NCBI GenBank assembly: GCA_002269645.1
Contig: NIVC01000104.1
Span: 248,001-312,000 of the forward strand
Direction of reading: 5' to 3'
Source: Macrostomum lignano
Taxonomy: Eukaryota
Length of the DNA: 64,000 nt
Both the position numbers and the translations under genes were made by a program. Below are positions 21,403 through 34,526 of the stretch, piece by piece; the first letter of the stretch is position 1; each line of letters starts with the position of its first letter. The notes under the pieces are model-generated. The model worked only from the letters and a program-made list of their open reading frames with translations, made no database searches and was not told where the DNA came from.

Positions 21403-24400
21403 TCAGACGCGATGCTTCCGCCGCGAAGCGGCACTTCCAGATTTGGCTGTCCCCGAAGCCGTCGCCGTGGTCGCCGACGAAGAGGCCGCAGTTCTGCGCA
21501 GCTGTATAAGCATTTTCCTATGAGCCAGCAGCGATTCCTGCGCTTCGGCTGTCCGACGCTCCGCACCGGCTAGCAGGGCGCAGACGCCGGCCACGGCTCG
21601 TTGGCAGCGAGCCAAAACATTGCCACCGCCAGCCGAGGCCGGGGGCAGCAGCTGTCGACTCTGCAGCAGATCGGAGGCCGCCTGCGGTCCACCGTCGCCG
21701 GAGCCGCCGACGCCGGTGTCAATGGCGCCGTCGGCAACGAGACGATCGGCCAGCCGGCAGATGGCGTCGGCGTAGGCAGCGACGGCTTCTTGATCGCGAT
21801 TGGCCTCGGCAAGGCGCTGGCCGGAGGCTGCCAGTGCGGACTCCAGGGCGGCGGCCCGTTCGGTCAGCATGCGCTCTCTGCGTTAACGGATCGATAATAT
21901 CGATTACCAATGAATCAACAAATTGCGACGCCAATTATCGATAGATAAATGGATCGATACTGTAATTTATTAATGAATTAACGGATCAATAATGTAAATT
22001 ATCGATGAATTAACAGTTAGATAATCTCAATTATCGATATATAATTGGATTTATGCTGTAAATTATTGATTAATTAACGAGTCCTTAATGTCAACGACTC
22101 GATAATGTCGATGAATAAATTGATAGATAATGCCAACTATCGATTAATTACTGGATCAATAATTCAAATTATCAAAGAATATACGTGTCGATAATATCAG
22201 TTATGGATAAATCAACTAATGGATAATGTAATTATCTATTAATTACAAGATTCATAATGTAAATTATCGATAAATGAATAAATAGATCGATACTATAAAC
22301 TATTGATGAATTATCGGGTCGATAAGGTCAATCGTCGATGAATTAACGGGTCGATTATATTAGTTATCGATAAATTAACGAATTGATAACGATAATGTCT
22401 ATCATCGATTAATTACTGGATCCCACAATGTCAATCATCGATTAATTACCGGATCCACAATGTCAATCATCGATTAATTACCGGATCCACAATGTCAATC
22501 ATCGATTAATTACTGGATCCCACAATGTCAATCATCGATTAATTACCGGATCCCACAATGTCAATTATCGATAAATTAATGAATCGATAATGTTAATCGT
22601 CCATGAATCAACGGATCGATAAAGTCATTTATCGACAAATAAACGAACCGATGTCACACGTCATCAAACATAATAATTATCGATAAATTAACGGATCTAA
22701 AATGCCAATTATCGATTAATTAACGAATTACCTGCCGTCCGTGGCTTCAACTCGATCGCGCGACTCCCGGACAGCCGAGAGCGCTTCGGCCAGTGTCCGG
22801 TCTCGATCGGCGTCCTCGCCAGCCAGCGACTGGACCCGGGCGGTCAGGGCGGCTAATTGGCGGCCTTGGCAACGTTCGCGATCACGCGACGAAGCAAGCT
22901 GGGCGGCCAGGGCGCGGTGCTCCTCCAGGGGAGCGGTCTCGCGGCGAAGGCGCTCCTGCAGGGTGACATCGGAAGAGGATCGGAATTCATAGAGTGACAG
23001 GATAAAAATTGACTGACGGTGAATAGTGACAATAATGACGAGCATACAGAGTGACAAGAAAGAGTTGACAGTATGTAGAATGATAAAAATGACGAGATTA
23101 GAGAGTGACAAGAAATAGGAGTGACGTGATAAAAGTGACGAAGGGTATAGGGTGACTAACATAGAGGGACAAGAAAGAGTGACGGTAGGTAGAGTGACAA
23201 GAGTAACGGGGGTAAAGAGTGACAAGAGTAACGGGGGTAAAGAGTGACAAGAAAAGTAACGAAGGATAGTGACAAAAAATATTGACGGTAGATAGAGTGA
23301 CGAGATTAAGAGTGACGGGATAAAAGTTACGGAAGGTGAAGAGAGTGACAAGAAGAGTGCGTGTGGGGTAGAGAGTGACAAGAAAAGAGAGTGATGAAGA
23401 GTACAGAGTGACAAGAATGACGGATGGTAGAGTGACGCCAGGGTAGAAACGGACAACAGGAAGCAGCGCAACAGAGCCGGTTCCAGAGTGACATGATCAG
23501 ATCGCACAACCCACAACGGGCTCACCGCTTCGGCCTCAGCCTGCGCCAGCTCCGCCACCGCCCGGTCCCTCTCCGACTCGGCCATCGACAGGCGACGACA
23601 GAGCGCCAAGGCGCCGCGGTGCAGCCGCTCAGCGATGCCGCCCCCGCCTACGCCAGTGCCAAGGAATCTCGACGGCTCACCGTCGGACAGCAGAACGGCA
23701 GCGGACGCCGGAGGAAACATGGCGTCTAATTGGTCAATAAGATGACCGGCAGCTTGTCTGGCAGCGACCCGCAAATCCAATCTATGCTGACTTTTCCTAC
23801 TCAGTTCGGCGTGAGCAGCCCTGGCAGCCGAGGCCAGCCGATCGCTGGACAGCCACGCAGTCAGCCGAGCGTTGTTCGACTGTTGTTCGGCGTCGAAATC
23901 CGACGACGTCGTTGTTAGCGCCGATTCGCCCAGCCAAAGCGTCGACGAGATCCGACTGTCGCGACTCTGATGACAGACGCTGATCAATCGACGCAGACGT
24001 CTGGCAGCGATGACGGCGAGTACAGCCGAACGGAATCTGTACAGCCGGCGCCATCGCTGATGAAGCTGCTGCTGACCAGTTTGACTGTCCTGACCATCCA
24101 GAGTGTCGGCCAGCATTCGCAGCTTGGCCGCTCGAGCCTCGCTAACCGCCAGCAGGCTCATCAGGCAGCGTTTCTGTCGCTGCAGAGAACGCCAACGCCG
24201 GCTGAGCGGCACCAGAGCTGACACGGCCAATGCTAGACCCGTCAACAGCTCCGCCGGGGACGTCGCCGACACTGATGATGTCGATGCTTCAGCAGCTCTA
24301 GATCCGTCGGAATTCTGTAGCTCATGCTGCTGCAGCTGTTGCTGCTTCTGCATCTGGTCTCGCTGTTGCTGCAGCATCGCCTCGTAGTGCTCGGCCAGCT

Positions 24401-27400
24401 CCCGTTTCTGACGGCGAAGCTCCTCGGCTGCGGCGGCCCAGCGGGACTTCTCCTCGGCGACAGCATTGTCAACGTCGGCTAGAGCTCGATCGCGCCGGCT
24501 GAGCTCAGTTCGAGAGTCGGCTGAATAATTAATGAGGCGATCTGCTGACAACAGCTGGATGGGACCTTCTGAGACTACTAACTGCTGCCTCTTTACCAGC
24601 AGTAGTCGGTAAAAATCTCTCTTAATCTCCCCCCTACCTGACGCCCTCTCCACCTACAATCTCCCTATCTCCCTCCCTCTTTAACCTACAATCCCTATCT
24701 CACTCCCTCTCCACCTACCATCTCCCTATCTCACTCCCTCTCTAACCTACCATCTCCCTATCTCCCGCCCTCTCCACCTACCATCTCTCTATCTCACTCC
24801 CTCTCCACCTACCATCTCCCTATCTCCCGCCCTCTCCACCTACCATCTCTCTATCTCACTCCCTCTCCACCTACCATCTCCCTATCTCCCGCCCTCTCCA
24901 CCTACCATCTCTCTATCTCACTCCCTCTCCACCTACCATCTCCCTATCTCCCGCCCTCTCCACCTACCATCTCTCTATCTCACTCCCTCTCCACCTACCG
25001 TCTCCCTATCTCACGCCCTCTGCACCTACCATCTCTCTATCTCACTCCCTCTCCACCTACCGTCTCCCTATCTCACGCCCTCTGCACCTACCATTTCTCT
25101 ATCTCACTCCCTCTCCACCTACCGTCTCCCTATCTCCCGCCCTCTCCACCTACCATCTCTCTATCTCACTCCCTCTCCACCTACCATCTCCCTATCTCAC
25201 TCCATCTCCACCTATCTCCATCTCTCTATCTTTCTCCCTACCTCTCCATATCTCACGATCCCTACCTAGCCATATCTCTCTCTCTCCATACATCTCTCTT
25301 TTATCTACCTCTACCCATCTCTTGGCCTATTTTCTTATTAATTTCCCTACCTTTCCCACTGCCTTACTATCTTAATCATTCTGTACTTTTATTGTTAAAA
25401 TAAAACAAAACGATCCAATTACAATCAACACCGCTATTTACCAAGCAGTCCCCGCCAACCCTCGGCCTCCTTGAGCAGAGCGGCCACCGCCTCGGTCAGC
25501 CAGTGCTGCACCTGTCCAGCGGTCAATCGCTTCGAGCATTCGTCTAGCTTGCCACCCAATTGCAAATAGAGCGCTTTGAGAAATGTCAGCCTGTCAGATT
25601 CTTCCTTCCTACGCAGTCGAACAATCCGATCCAGATCCTGTTGCAGAGCTTGTCGCTGCTCCTTCTCGGTCTCTAGCTGACGCTTGGCGTCGGTGTACAG
25701 GCCGCGGACGCTGGCCTGACGGCGCTCCACTTCGGACAGCTTGTCGCGTAGCCGCTTCGCCTCGGCTGCGTTAGCGGTGTCGGATTCGCGAGCGGCCTGG
25801 GATTACCGAATGGGGATTTCTGTTTTTGAAATTTTTGGTATACCGATGTAGATTACCAATTGAACTCGCTAGACCGTTGATAAACCCTCTAGACATACTT
25901 GATAAACTTCCTAGATATTCTTTATGTCCCCTCTAGACATCTTTGATGTCACCTCTAGACATCTTTGATGTCACCTCTAGACATCTTTGATGACACCCCT
26001 AGACATCTTTGATGTCACCTCTAGACATCTTTGATGTCACCTCTAGACATCTTTGATGACACCTCTAGACATCTTTGATGTCACCTCTAGACATCTTTGA
26101 TGTCACCTCTAGACATCTTTGATGACACCCCTAGACATCTTTGATGTCACCTCTAGACATCTTTGATGTCACCTCGAGACATCTTTGATGACACCTCTAG
26201 ACAACTTTGATGTCACCTCTAGACATCTTTGATGACACCTCTAGACATATTTGATGTCACCTCTAAACATCTCTTATGACACCTCTAGACATCTTTGAGG
26301 TCACCTCTAGACATCTTTGATAAAACATCTAGATATCCTTGATGACGCATCTAGATATCCTTGATGACGCCTCTAGATATCATTGATGACGCCTCTAGAT
26401 ATCATTGATGACGCCTCTAGCTATCATTGATGATACCTCTAGACATCTTTGATGTCACCTCTAGACATCTTTGATAAAACCTCTAGATATCCTTGATGAC
26501 ACCTCTAGATATCCTTGATGACGCCTCTAGATATCATTGATGATACCCCTAGATATCCCTGAAAACACTTCTAGATATCTTTGATGTCAACTGTAGACAC
26601 ATTTAACGTCACCTTTAGATATCCTTGATAACGCCTCTAGATATTTTTACAGACACCTCTAGGATAGACATCGTTGATGCAACAAACACACAAATAACAG
26701 AAGCCACACCTGTAAACTCTTATCCTTTTGCCAGGCGGTTTCCCTCAACTGTTTCACAGTGGAATTGTGCTTGCCAGCCTCGGCTCGCAGTCCAGCCAAA
26801 TCCTGCTCCAATTGTTGCTGACGATCGCGCTGCGATTTCAACAGCTTGTTCAGCTGGTCCAGCACCATCTTGGGTGCGCGAAGAGTTGGCCCGGACTTTT
26901 GGCTGGCTTCCTGAAGGGCGAAGAAAGCGGTACGCCTGGGCTGCAAATCATCCGAGCACAGCCACCCCCTTCTCAGATGGCAACCCTCATGAATTAGACA
27001 CCTTCTCCAGTATGTGCAGCCTTCTACCCATGTGTGCAGCCACCCCCTCACTCATAGACAGCCACCCCCTCACTCACAGACAGCCATTCCTCACTCATAG
27101 ACAGCCACCCCCTCACTCACAGACAGCCACCCCCTCACTCATAGACAGCCACCCCCTCACTCACAGACAGCCACCCCCTCACTCACAGACAGCCACCCCC
27201 TCACTCATAGACAGCCACCCCTTCACTCACAGACAGCCACCCCCTCACTCACAGACAGCCACCCCCTCACTCATAGACAGCCACCCCATCACTCACAGAC
27301 AGCCACCCCCTCACTCACAGACAGCCACCCCTTCACTCACAGACAGCCACCCCCTCACTCACAGACAGCCACCCCCCCTCACTCATAGACAGCCACCCCC

Positions 27401-30400
27401 TCACTCATAGACAGCCACCCTTCACTCACAGACAGGCACCCCCTCACTCACAGACAGCCACCCCCTCACCTATAGTCAGCCACCCCCTCACTCACAGACA
27501 GCCACCCCTTCACTCACAGACAGCCACCCCCTCACTCACAGACAGCCACCCCCCCTCACTCATAGACAGCCACCCCCTCACTCATAGACAGCCACCCTTC
27601 ACTCACAGACAGGCACCCCCTCACTCACAGACAGCCACCCCCTCACCTATAGTCAGCCACCCCCTCACTCACAGACAGCCACCCCCTCACTCACAGACAG
27701 CCACCCCCTCACCTATAGTCAGCCACCCCCTCACTCACAGACAGCCACCCCCTCACTCATAGACAGCCACCCCCTCACCTATAGTCAGCCACCCCCTCAC
27801 TCACAGACAGCCACCCCCTCACTCATAGACAGCCACCCCCTCACTCATAGACAGCCACCCCTCACCTATAGTCAGCCACCCCTCACTCACAGACAGCCAC
27901 CCCCTCACTCATAGACAGCCACCCCCTCACCTATAGTTAGCCACCCCTTTCTCCATAGACAGCCACCCCTCCCAATAGACAGCCACCCCTTCCCCATAGA
28001 CAGCCACCCCTTTCCCCATAGACAGCCACCCCCCCCAATAGACAGCCACCCCTTTCTCCATAGACAGCCACCCCTCCCCAATAGACAGCCACCCCTTTCC
28101 CCATAGACAGCCACCCCTTTCCCCATAGACAGCCACCCCTTTCCCCATAGACAGCCACCCCATCCCACATAGTCAGCCACCCATGATAATAGTAAAAGAA
28201 AATTTCGAACAAACGTATAAAGAACTGTTGTATGAATAAAAAATCGTAAACAGCAAATTTTAACAACAAAACTCTAATGGTAATACTCTAAGTAGACTAA
28301 ACAAGAAAGTTAGAAATTTACCAAATGCTTATCGCAGGCGGTCTGCACCTGACGAATAAACGCTTTAAAAGATTTATCTAAATCTTGCAAACGTTCGCTT
28401 TGACTCTCAGCTTCAGTCTGCAATCGGCTGAGGGCCGTTTCCGCTTCGGCCAATTTGCTTTCTAGCCTGGCTCGCTGCTTTTCTCTGGTGCGTACCTGCG
28501 GATAAATGAGCGATTCTAATGTTTTTCTAGTATACAACCTGTCTTTCAATCTCTACTGGTCTACTCCTAGTCTACCTGTCTACTCCCAGTCCCTGCCTAT
28601 CTACTCCCAGTCCCTACCGGTCTACTCCCAGTCCCTACCTGTCTACTCCCAGTCCCTGCCTATCTACTCCCAGTCCCTACCTGTCTACTCCGAGTCCCTA
28701 CCTGTCTACTCCCAGTCCCTGCCTATCTACTCCCAGTCCCTACCTGTCTACTCCGAGTCCCTACCTGTCTACTCCGAGTCCCTGCCTATCTACTCCCAGT
28801 CCCTACCTGTCTACTCCGAGTCCCTACCTGTCTACTCCCAGTCCCTACCTGTCTACTCCCAGTCCCTACCTGTCTACTCCCAATCCCTACCTGTCTACTC
28901 CCAGTCCCTACCTGTCTACTCCCAGTCCCTACCTGTCTACTCCCAATCCCTACCTGTCTACTCCCAGTCCCTACCTGTCTACTCCCAGTTTATACCTGTC
29001 TACTCCCAGTTCATACCTGTCTACTCCCAGTTCATACCTGTCTACTCCCAGTTCATACCTGTCTACTCCCAGTCCCTACCTGTCTACTCCCAGTCCCTAC
29101 CTGTCTACTCCCAGTCCCTACCTGTCTACTCCCAGTCCCTACCTGTCTACTCCCAGTCCCTACCTGTCTACTCCCAGTCCCTACCTGTCTACTCCCAGTC
29201 CCTACCTGTCTACTCCCAGTTCATAGCTGTCTACTCCCACACCTTACATATCACCCAGTCCATATCTGTATTCTACAATAAAATAATTAATAACTAATCC
29301 TCATCACCTCCTCCTCCAGACAAGACCGCTGGCCGCTAGCCTCGGTCTCCAGCCGTTCAAACTGCTCCCTATAGCATCGCGATCCCTGACGCTCCTCTCT
29401 GAGCAGTGACTCCAATTCGGCTAGCCGAGCCTCGGCATCCGCTCGCTCGGCAATGACTGACTCTAATTTAGCTTGGCACTCGTCCAAGCCCAGCTGGCTG
29501 GCTTCAGCTCGCAGCCGGTCAGCTGATCGAGCCTCACGCTCGGCTGCCAGTTCAGCCGTCAGCGATTGAATCCGACGATCGGCCTCGCCGATGGCCAGGG
29601 CGAGTTCTCGACAGCGGTCGGCGAGGCAAAGGCACTCGTTTGCCTGCTCAGTGCCGGTGTGCTCCGCTGATGACAGCGACTGACGGAGCTCGGCTGACTC
29701 AGCCAGCGCTGCTTTGTGCCGGCTGTGTTTGAAGAAGATTTTATTTGCATTCACCAACACATTGCCTGAGATTCACATTCCTCAGAGTTCACATTGCATG
29801 AGATTCACATTCCCCAGAGTTCAAATTACCTGAGATTCACATTCCCCAGAGTTCACATTGTATGAGATTCACATTGCCTGAGATTCACATTCCCCAGAGT
29901 TCACATTGCCTGAGATTCACATTCCCCAGAGTTCACATTGCCTGAGATTCACATTCCCCAGAGTTCACATTGTATGAGATTCACATTGCCTGAGATTCAC
30001 ATTCCTCAGAGTTCACATTGCCTGAGATTCACATTCCCCAGAGTTCACATTGCCTGAGATTCACATTCCCCAGAGTTCACATTGCCTGAGATTCACATTC
30101 CCCAGGGTTTAAATTGCCTGAGATTCACATTTCACAGGGTTCACATTGCATGAGATTCGCATTTCACAGGGTTCACATTGCCTGAGATTCACATTGACGA
30201 AGCATACATTCCCAAAAAGTTTGTTAATGCGGAAGATTTAATGCTGCGTACTTAAAAGTGGCATGACGAACGGAATATGTCATAAATATATCAAAAATTA
30301 AAACAAACACTCACGATTCTAAGTCGCTTTTATCACTGTTGCATTGCTGCATCTCCTGTTTAACAGAATCCAATTCGGCATTGCGCGAGTCCAGAACGTC

Positions 30401-33260
30401 GCCCTGTTGTAGATAACAAAATTCAATAAAACTTCGACAGTACATGTTGCCTAATTATTATTAATAAACTAATATTGTAGTATTAATAGTCGCTAACCAA
30501 ATGTCGAATTTTATCGGCCAGATCTTTCTCTCTAGTTGCCTGTTCGGCAGCTCGCTGTTGTATAGCCGATCTAGCTGTGGCCAGTTCCTCTTGCAGACTG
30601 TCCAGCTGCTCTGGATAGGGATAAAATATGCACATAGATTAGAGTTTCCGTTTGATTGAAATTAATCAAACAGGAAGAAATCCATGACGGAAATAAATAC
30701 AAGCATAACATGAGAACCGGGAGCGCTGCAACCCACACTTCACAACCGGATGTACTGCAACTCACACTTCACAACCGGATGTACTGCAACTCACACTTCG
30801 CAACCAGATGTACTGCAACTCACACTTCACAACCAGATGTACTGCAACTCACACTTCACAACCAGATGTACTGCAACTAACACTTCACAACCAGATGTAC
30901 TGCAACTCACACTTCACAACCAGATGTACTGCAACCCACACTTCACAACCGGATGTACTGCAACTCACACTTCGCAACCAGATGTACTGCAACTCACACT
31001 TCGCAACCAGATGTACTGCAACTCACACTTCACAACCAGATGTATTCGGTTGGGGAGAAAGTTCCCGCGGTTTCTAGAACTTTCTGTCTAAGAACTTTCT
31101 GGAACATTCCAGAGCCCGGCTGTGTGGGTATATATTGAGGGTGGGTGTGTGTGATTCTAACATGCTATTTAAACCAAAGAGATTACTCACTAGTCACCAG
31201 CATTATGGATCTCTCTCGGGCCTATATTCGTGGTCTCCTGCTCTACGACTTCAAATCTGGACTGTCAGCCGCAGAATCCAGCCGTCGCATCAACGCTGCA
31301 TTTGGTGCGGGTACCGTGTCTGAACGCACTACCCAGGACTGGTTTGCGCGGTTTCTCCAGGGAAATTTTAACCTCGAAGATTTGCCCCGGTCAGGTCGTC
31401 CCTCCGAGGTTGATGACGACCGGCTGCGCACACTCGTAGAGGCTGACCCTCGGCAAACCACGCGTGAGTTAGCGCAAGTCCTTGATGTAGACCATAAAAC
31501 GGTCACCAGTCATTTGCATCAGCTGGGCAAGGTGTACAAGCTGGCACAATGGGTACCCCACCAATTGTCAGATTGGGACAAGGAGCGCAGGGCAGAGGTG
31601 GCCACTTCTCTCCTCTCCTACAGGCGCACGCACAACTGGCTGAAGTCCATCGTTACGGGCGATGAAAAGTGGTGCCTGTACGTCAACATCAAACGTCGAC
31701 GATTATGGGTTGATGCTGACGCGACGCCTGAGCTGCAGCCAAAGGCCGGACTCCACCCACGCAAGGTCATGCTGTGCGTGTGGTGGGACTGCAAGGGCGT
31801 CATCTACTACGAACTGCTGCCACCCAACACATCGATTACGGCCGACCTATACTGCCAACAGCTGGACCGATTGGCCGCCGCCATCGCACAGAAGCGTCCG
31901 AACCATGGCCCGGTACGATTCCTCCATGATAACGCTCGTCCACACACTGCTAGGGTGACTCGCCAAAAGCTACTGGACCTTGGCTGGGAATTGGTGCCCC
32001 ATCCACCGTATTCACCAGACTTGGCACCAAGCGACTATCACCTGTTTTTGTCTCTGGCCAACGCCTTGAACAACAAAACCTTCGCTGATGATGAAGAGCT
32101 CGATAACTGGCTGAACAACTTTTTCACTTCAAAGCCAGAGAAATTTTACAGTGACGGTATTATGAGTCTGCCCGAAAAATGGCAGAAGGTGATCGATTGT
32201 GATGGTGATTATTTTATTTCTTAATTGGCTTTTTGTTTAAAAAAACTCAGTTTGACAGAAAGTTCTAGAAACCGCGGGAACTTTCTCCCCAACCGAATAC
32301 TGCAACTCACACTTCACAACCGGAAGTACTGCAACCCATACTTCACAACTGGAAGAGCTGCAACATACACTTCAAATTTACAACCGGGAGCGCTGCAAGC
32401 CACACTTCACAACCGGAAGAACCCACACTTCACAACCGGAAGCGCTGCAACCCACACTTCACAACCGGGAGCGCTGCAACTCACACTTCACAACCTGAAG
32501 AACCCACACTTCACAACCGGAAGCGCTGCAACCCACACTTCACAACCGGAAGCGCTGCAACCCATACTTCACAACCGGAAGCGCTGCAACCCACACTTCA
32601 CAACCGGAAGCGCTGCAACTCACACTTCACAACCGGAAGCGCTGCAACCTACACTTCACAACCGGATGTATATGTACTACAACTGTAACTTTGGAACAAG
32701 AAGCAGAGCAACCTAAACAAAGCATTAAAAGTTAGTATTTAATGTAAAATCTCACTAGAATGCGCAGCCTTAATCTCATTTATCTCCTGCTCCCTCAGCC
32801 GTCTTTCCCTCTCTCGATCGGCTAATTCCGCTCGCAGACGCGCCAATTCGCATTCGGCTCCACTAGCCCCGGCAGCGCTACTCTCGGCATCGGCGCGCAC
32901 TCTAGCTAATTCGGCGCGCAAATCGCATTCGCGCCTATTAGCTTCGCCAGCCTCGTAGACTCGATCTCTCTGACTAGTAGCTAGCTCTTTTCTAGCCGCT
33001 AGCAACTGTTGGCGCAATAGTTCCGCTTCGGCTCGAGTGCTGCGCAAATCCTGCTGCATGTACAACATCCGGTCGGCTGGCTCGTCGCCCTCCTCTTCCT
33101 CCTCCTCTTCAGCCTCGTTGTCAAAGTTGTAATCTGTCGCTACGGACGATTGCGGCGACCCTAAGAATTCCGGATTGGCTCTGCGCTGCTGAGACAACTT
33201 GCCGCCATTGCTATTTAAACAGCTGTTACCGCTGCTGCTATTATTGTTAAAACGCTGCAT
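21403..33260 (-). CDS. CCDC171: Coiled-coil domain-containing protein 171-like, 10 exons, about 1191 aa
   Basis: Exons 33260-32756, 30610-30498, 30403-30315, 29722-29308, 28495-28322, 26940-26710, 25796-25442, 24520-23526, 22955-22732, 21877-21403; all GT-AG, phases consistent, 3576 nt. Motifs RLTFLKALYLQL, LLTGLALAVSALVPLSRR and RFRSAVLAVIAARRL resemble CCDC171 blocks recalled from memory (KLTFLHTLYQHL, LLAACALMAGALYPL, FRKGVIAVLAANRL). Confidence 0.8.
21885..22722. repeat. Degenerate about 33-bp AT-rich repeat built on ATCGAT palindromes (CCDC171 intron 9)
   Basis: About 20 ATCGAT by eye count; clean units at 22400-22560. Confidence 0.85.
24650..25320. repeat. Pyrimidine-rich about 33-bp minisatellite (CTCTCCACCTACCATCTCTCTATCTCACTCC)
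   Basis: CCDC171 intron 7. Confidence 0.93.
25900..26645. repeat. About 22-bp minisatellite (CTCTAGACATCTTTGATGTCAC)
   Basis: CCDC171 intron 6. Confidence 0.93.
27040..28180. repeat. About 23-bp minisatellite (GACAGCCACCCCCTCACTCA[C/T]A)
   Basis: CCDC171 intron 5. Confidence 0.95.
28545..29245. repeat. 21-bp minisatellite (CTACTCCCAGTCCCTACCTGT)
   Basis: CCDC171 intron 4; source of the (SQSLPVY)n ORF. Confidence 0.95.
29760..30195. repeat. About 16/32-bp minisatellite (TGCCTGAGATTCACATTCCCCAGAGTTCACAT)
   Basis: CCDC171 intron 3. Confidence 0.93.
31045..32297 (+). mobile_element. Full-length mariner transposon (1253 bp), 44-bp perfect TIRs, TA TSD
   Basis: TTCGGTTGGGGAGAAAGTTCCCGCGGTTTCTAGAACTTTCTGTC at both ends (inverted); TA at 31043-31044 and 32298-32299. 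Confidence 0.97.
31205..32224 (+). CDS. Intact mariner transposase (339 aa, D,D34D)
   Basis: SGRPSEVDDD HTH linker, WVPHQL, VTGDEKW, FLHDNARPH, HPPYSPDLAPSDYHLF; 34 residues between the 2nd and 3rd Asp; Hsmar1/cecropia-like. Confidence 0.97.
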   Translation: MDLSRAYIRGLLLYDFKSGLSAAESSRRINAAFGAGTVSERTTQDWFARFLQGNFNLEDLPRSGRPSEVDDDRLRTLVEADPRQTTRELAQVLDVDHKTVTSHLHQLGKVYKLAQWVPHQLSDWDKERRAEVATSLLSYRRTHNWLKSIVTGDEKWCLYVNIKRRRLWVDADATPELQPKAGLHPRKVMLCVWWDCKGVIYYELLPPNTSITADLYCQQLDRLAAAIAQKRPNHGPVRFLHDNARPHTARVTRQKLLDLGWELVPHPPYSPDLAPSDYHLFLSLANALNNKTFADDEELDNWLNNFFTSKPEKFYSDGIMSLPEKWQKVIDCDGDYFIS

Positions 33261-34526
33261 CTTCGACTCAATAGCGGCTAGGCGAGTCTCGCAGGGAGAG
33301 AATGAAGAAGAAATTTACTAGCTATGACACGATGAAGCCACGGCGGTCTCCTATGCCATGCAAAGAATAGAGACGGAAGAATAGAAAGGCAAGGTATTAA
33401 GGCATAGCTATGGGTGGAAAATATTCAACTTGGCATGTGCGCTTGAATAGAGAAACTTAATCGCAAACGTCCTGAGCAGCTGGTGTGTTGCCTCGGCTAA
33501 TATCTCTATTCTCTATATAGCCGCCTGCTAAGTGCTGGAGCTTAACTTGTCATCTGCATTTTACCCTTTGCTTTTGCAAAACTGCCTAACAGACGCCCCA
33601 AGTAGCACCCTATTGTGCTAGGGATTAAGCCAAGTGATAATTGCTAATGGTAGAGACAAGGTATGACAAGCAATTTTAATCTCTAAAAGCTTAATTAACC
33701 TGTTACATAGCCAGTTAGTTAGCAACTAGCCCTAACCACTGAGAAAGCACCTAGGCTTACAGCAGTCCAACTTTCTAGTTGTCCTAGCGATTCTGATCAT
33801 GGCAACGTTTTTTAACGGGATGCTCCATCATCATCAACTACTTGCAGAAAATCTGTTCACTGTATCTGTTCACTGAGTGTGGCTAGAAGCCCTGTAGGGT
33901 GTCAGAAGAGAATTAATGAAAAAAACAGGAGTCACTTGAGTCTAAAAAGTTGAGACAATATATATGTATTTTTGAAACTTAAATAGTAATAAAAATAAAG
34001 CGGACAAAAAAGACGGAATTCATTTAAGGCGAGATTCTAAAATCAGTTTATAACAAATTAATTCGTTAATTAACGCAGCAGGAAACTTCTGAGACACGAA
34101 TTTTAGCCGGGAAGACGGGACTGCTGCAGAAACAGAAAATAAGAGCGAGATTCTCGATAGCCTACTGGTGAGTAGAAATAATAAAAAATAACCCCACTTT
34201 TTATCACAAGGACGGCAGTTTATTGAAAAAAATCACAGATATAGTTAAGATGTTAGTGCTCTTAAAAGGGCAATAAAGAGAGATTCTACACAATGTTTTG
34301 ATCTACTAAACTAAAATAAGCGCAACTGTTTTTCAAATACAGAACGAAAATAAAGAAAAAACACTGTAGATTTTGTTTATTAGTAGAAGAATTTTATACG
34401 CCTACTAATAGTAGTAAAAAAAAGTTTAAAGTTCACAATTTCTTGCAATTTCTAAAAAAATCGGAAAATTTTTGTTTTATTTACTTATAGTAGCACAATA
34501 GCGCATGTGTAACAATTTGTTTCTGA

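Larger units (their letters stand above)
30715..32665. repeat. 29-bp minisatellite (GATGTACTGCAACTCACACTTCACAACCA) split by the mariner insertion
   Basis: Units at 30715-31044 and 32298-32665; the insertion lies at the TA of GATGTACTGC. Confidence 0.92.

Noticed and set aside
22728-24653. 641-aa ORF as a single-exon gene
   Set aside because: It is exons 8 and 9 of CCDC171 joined by an in-frame intron, plus intronic 5' sequence.
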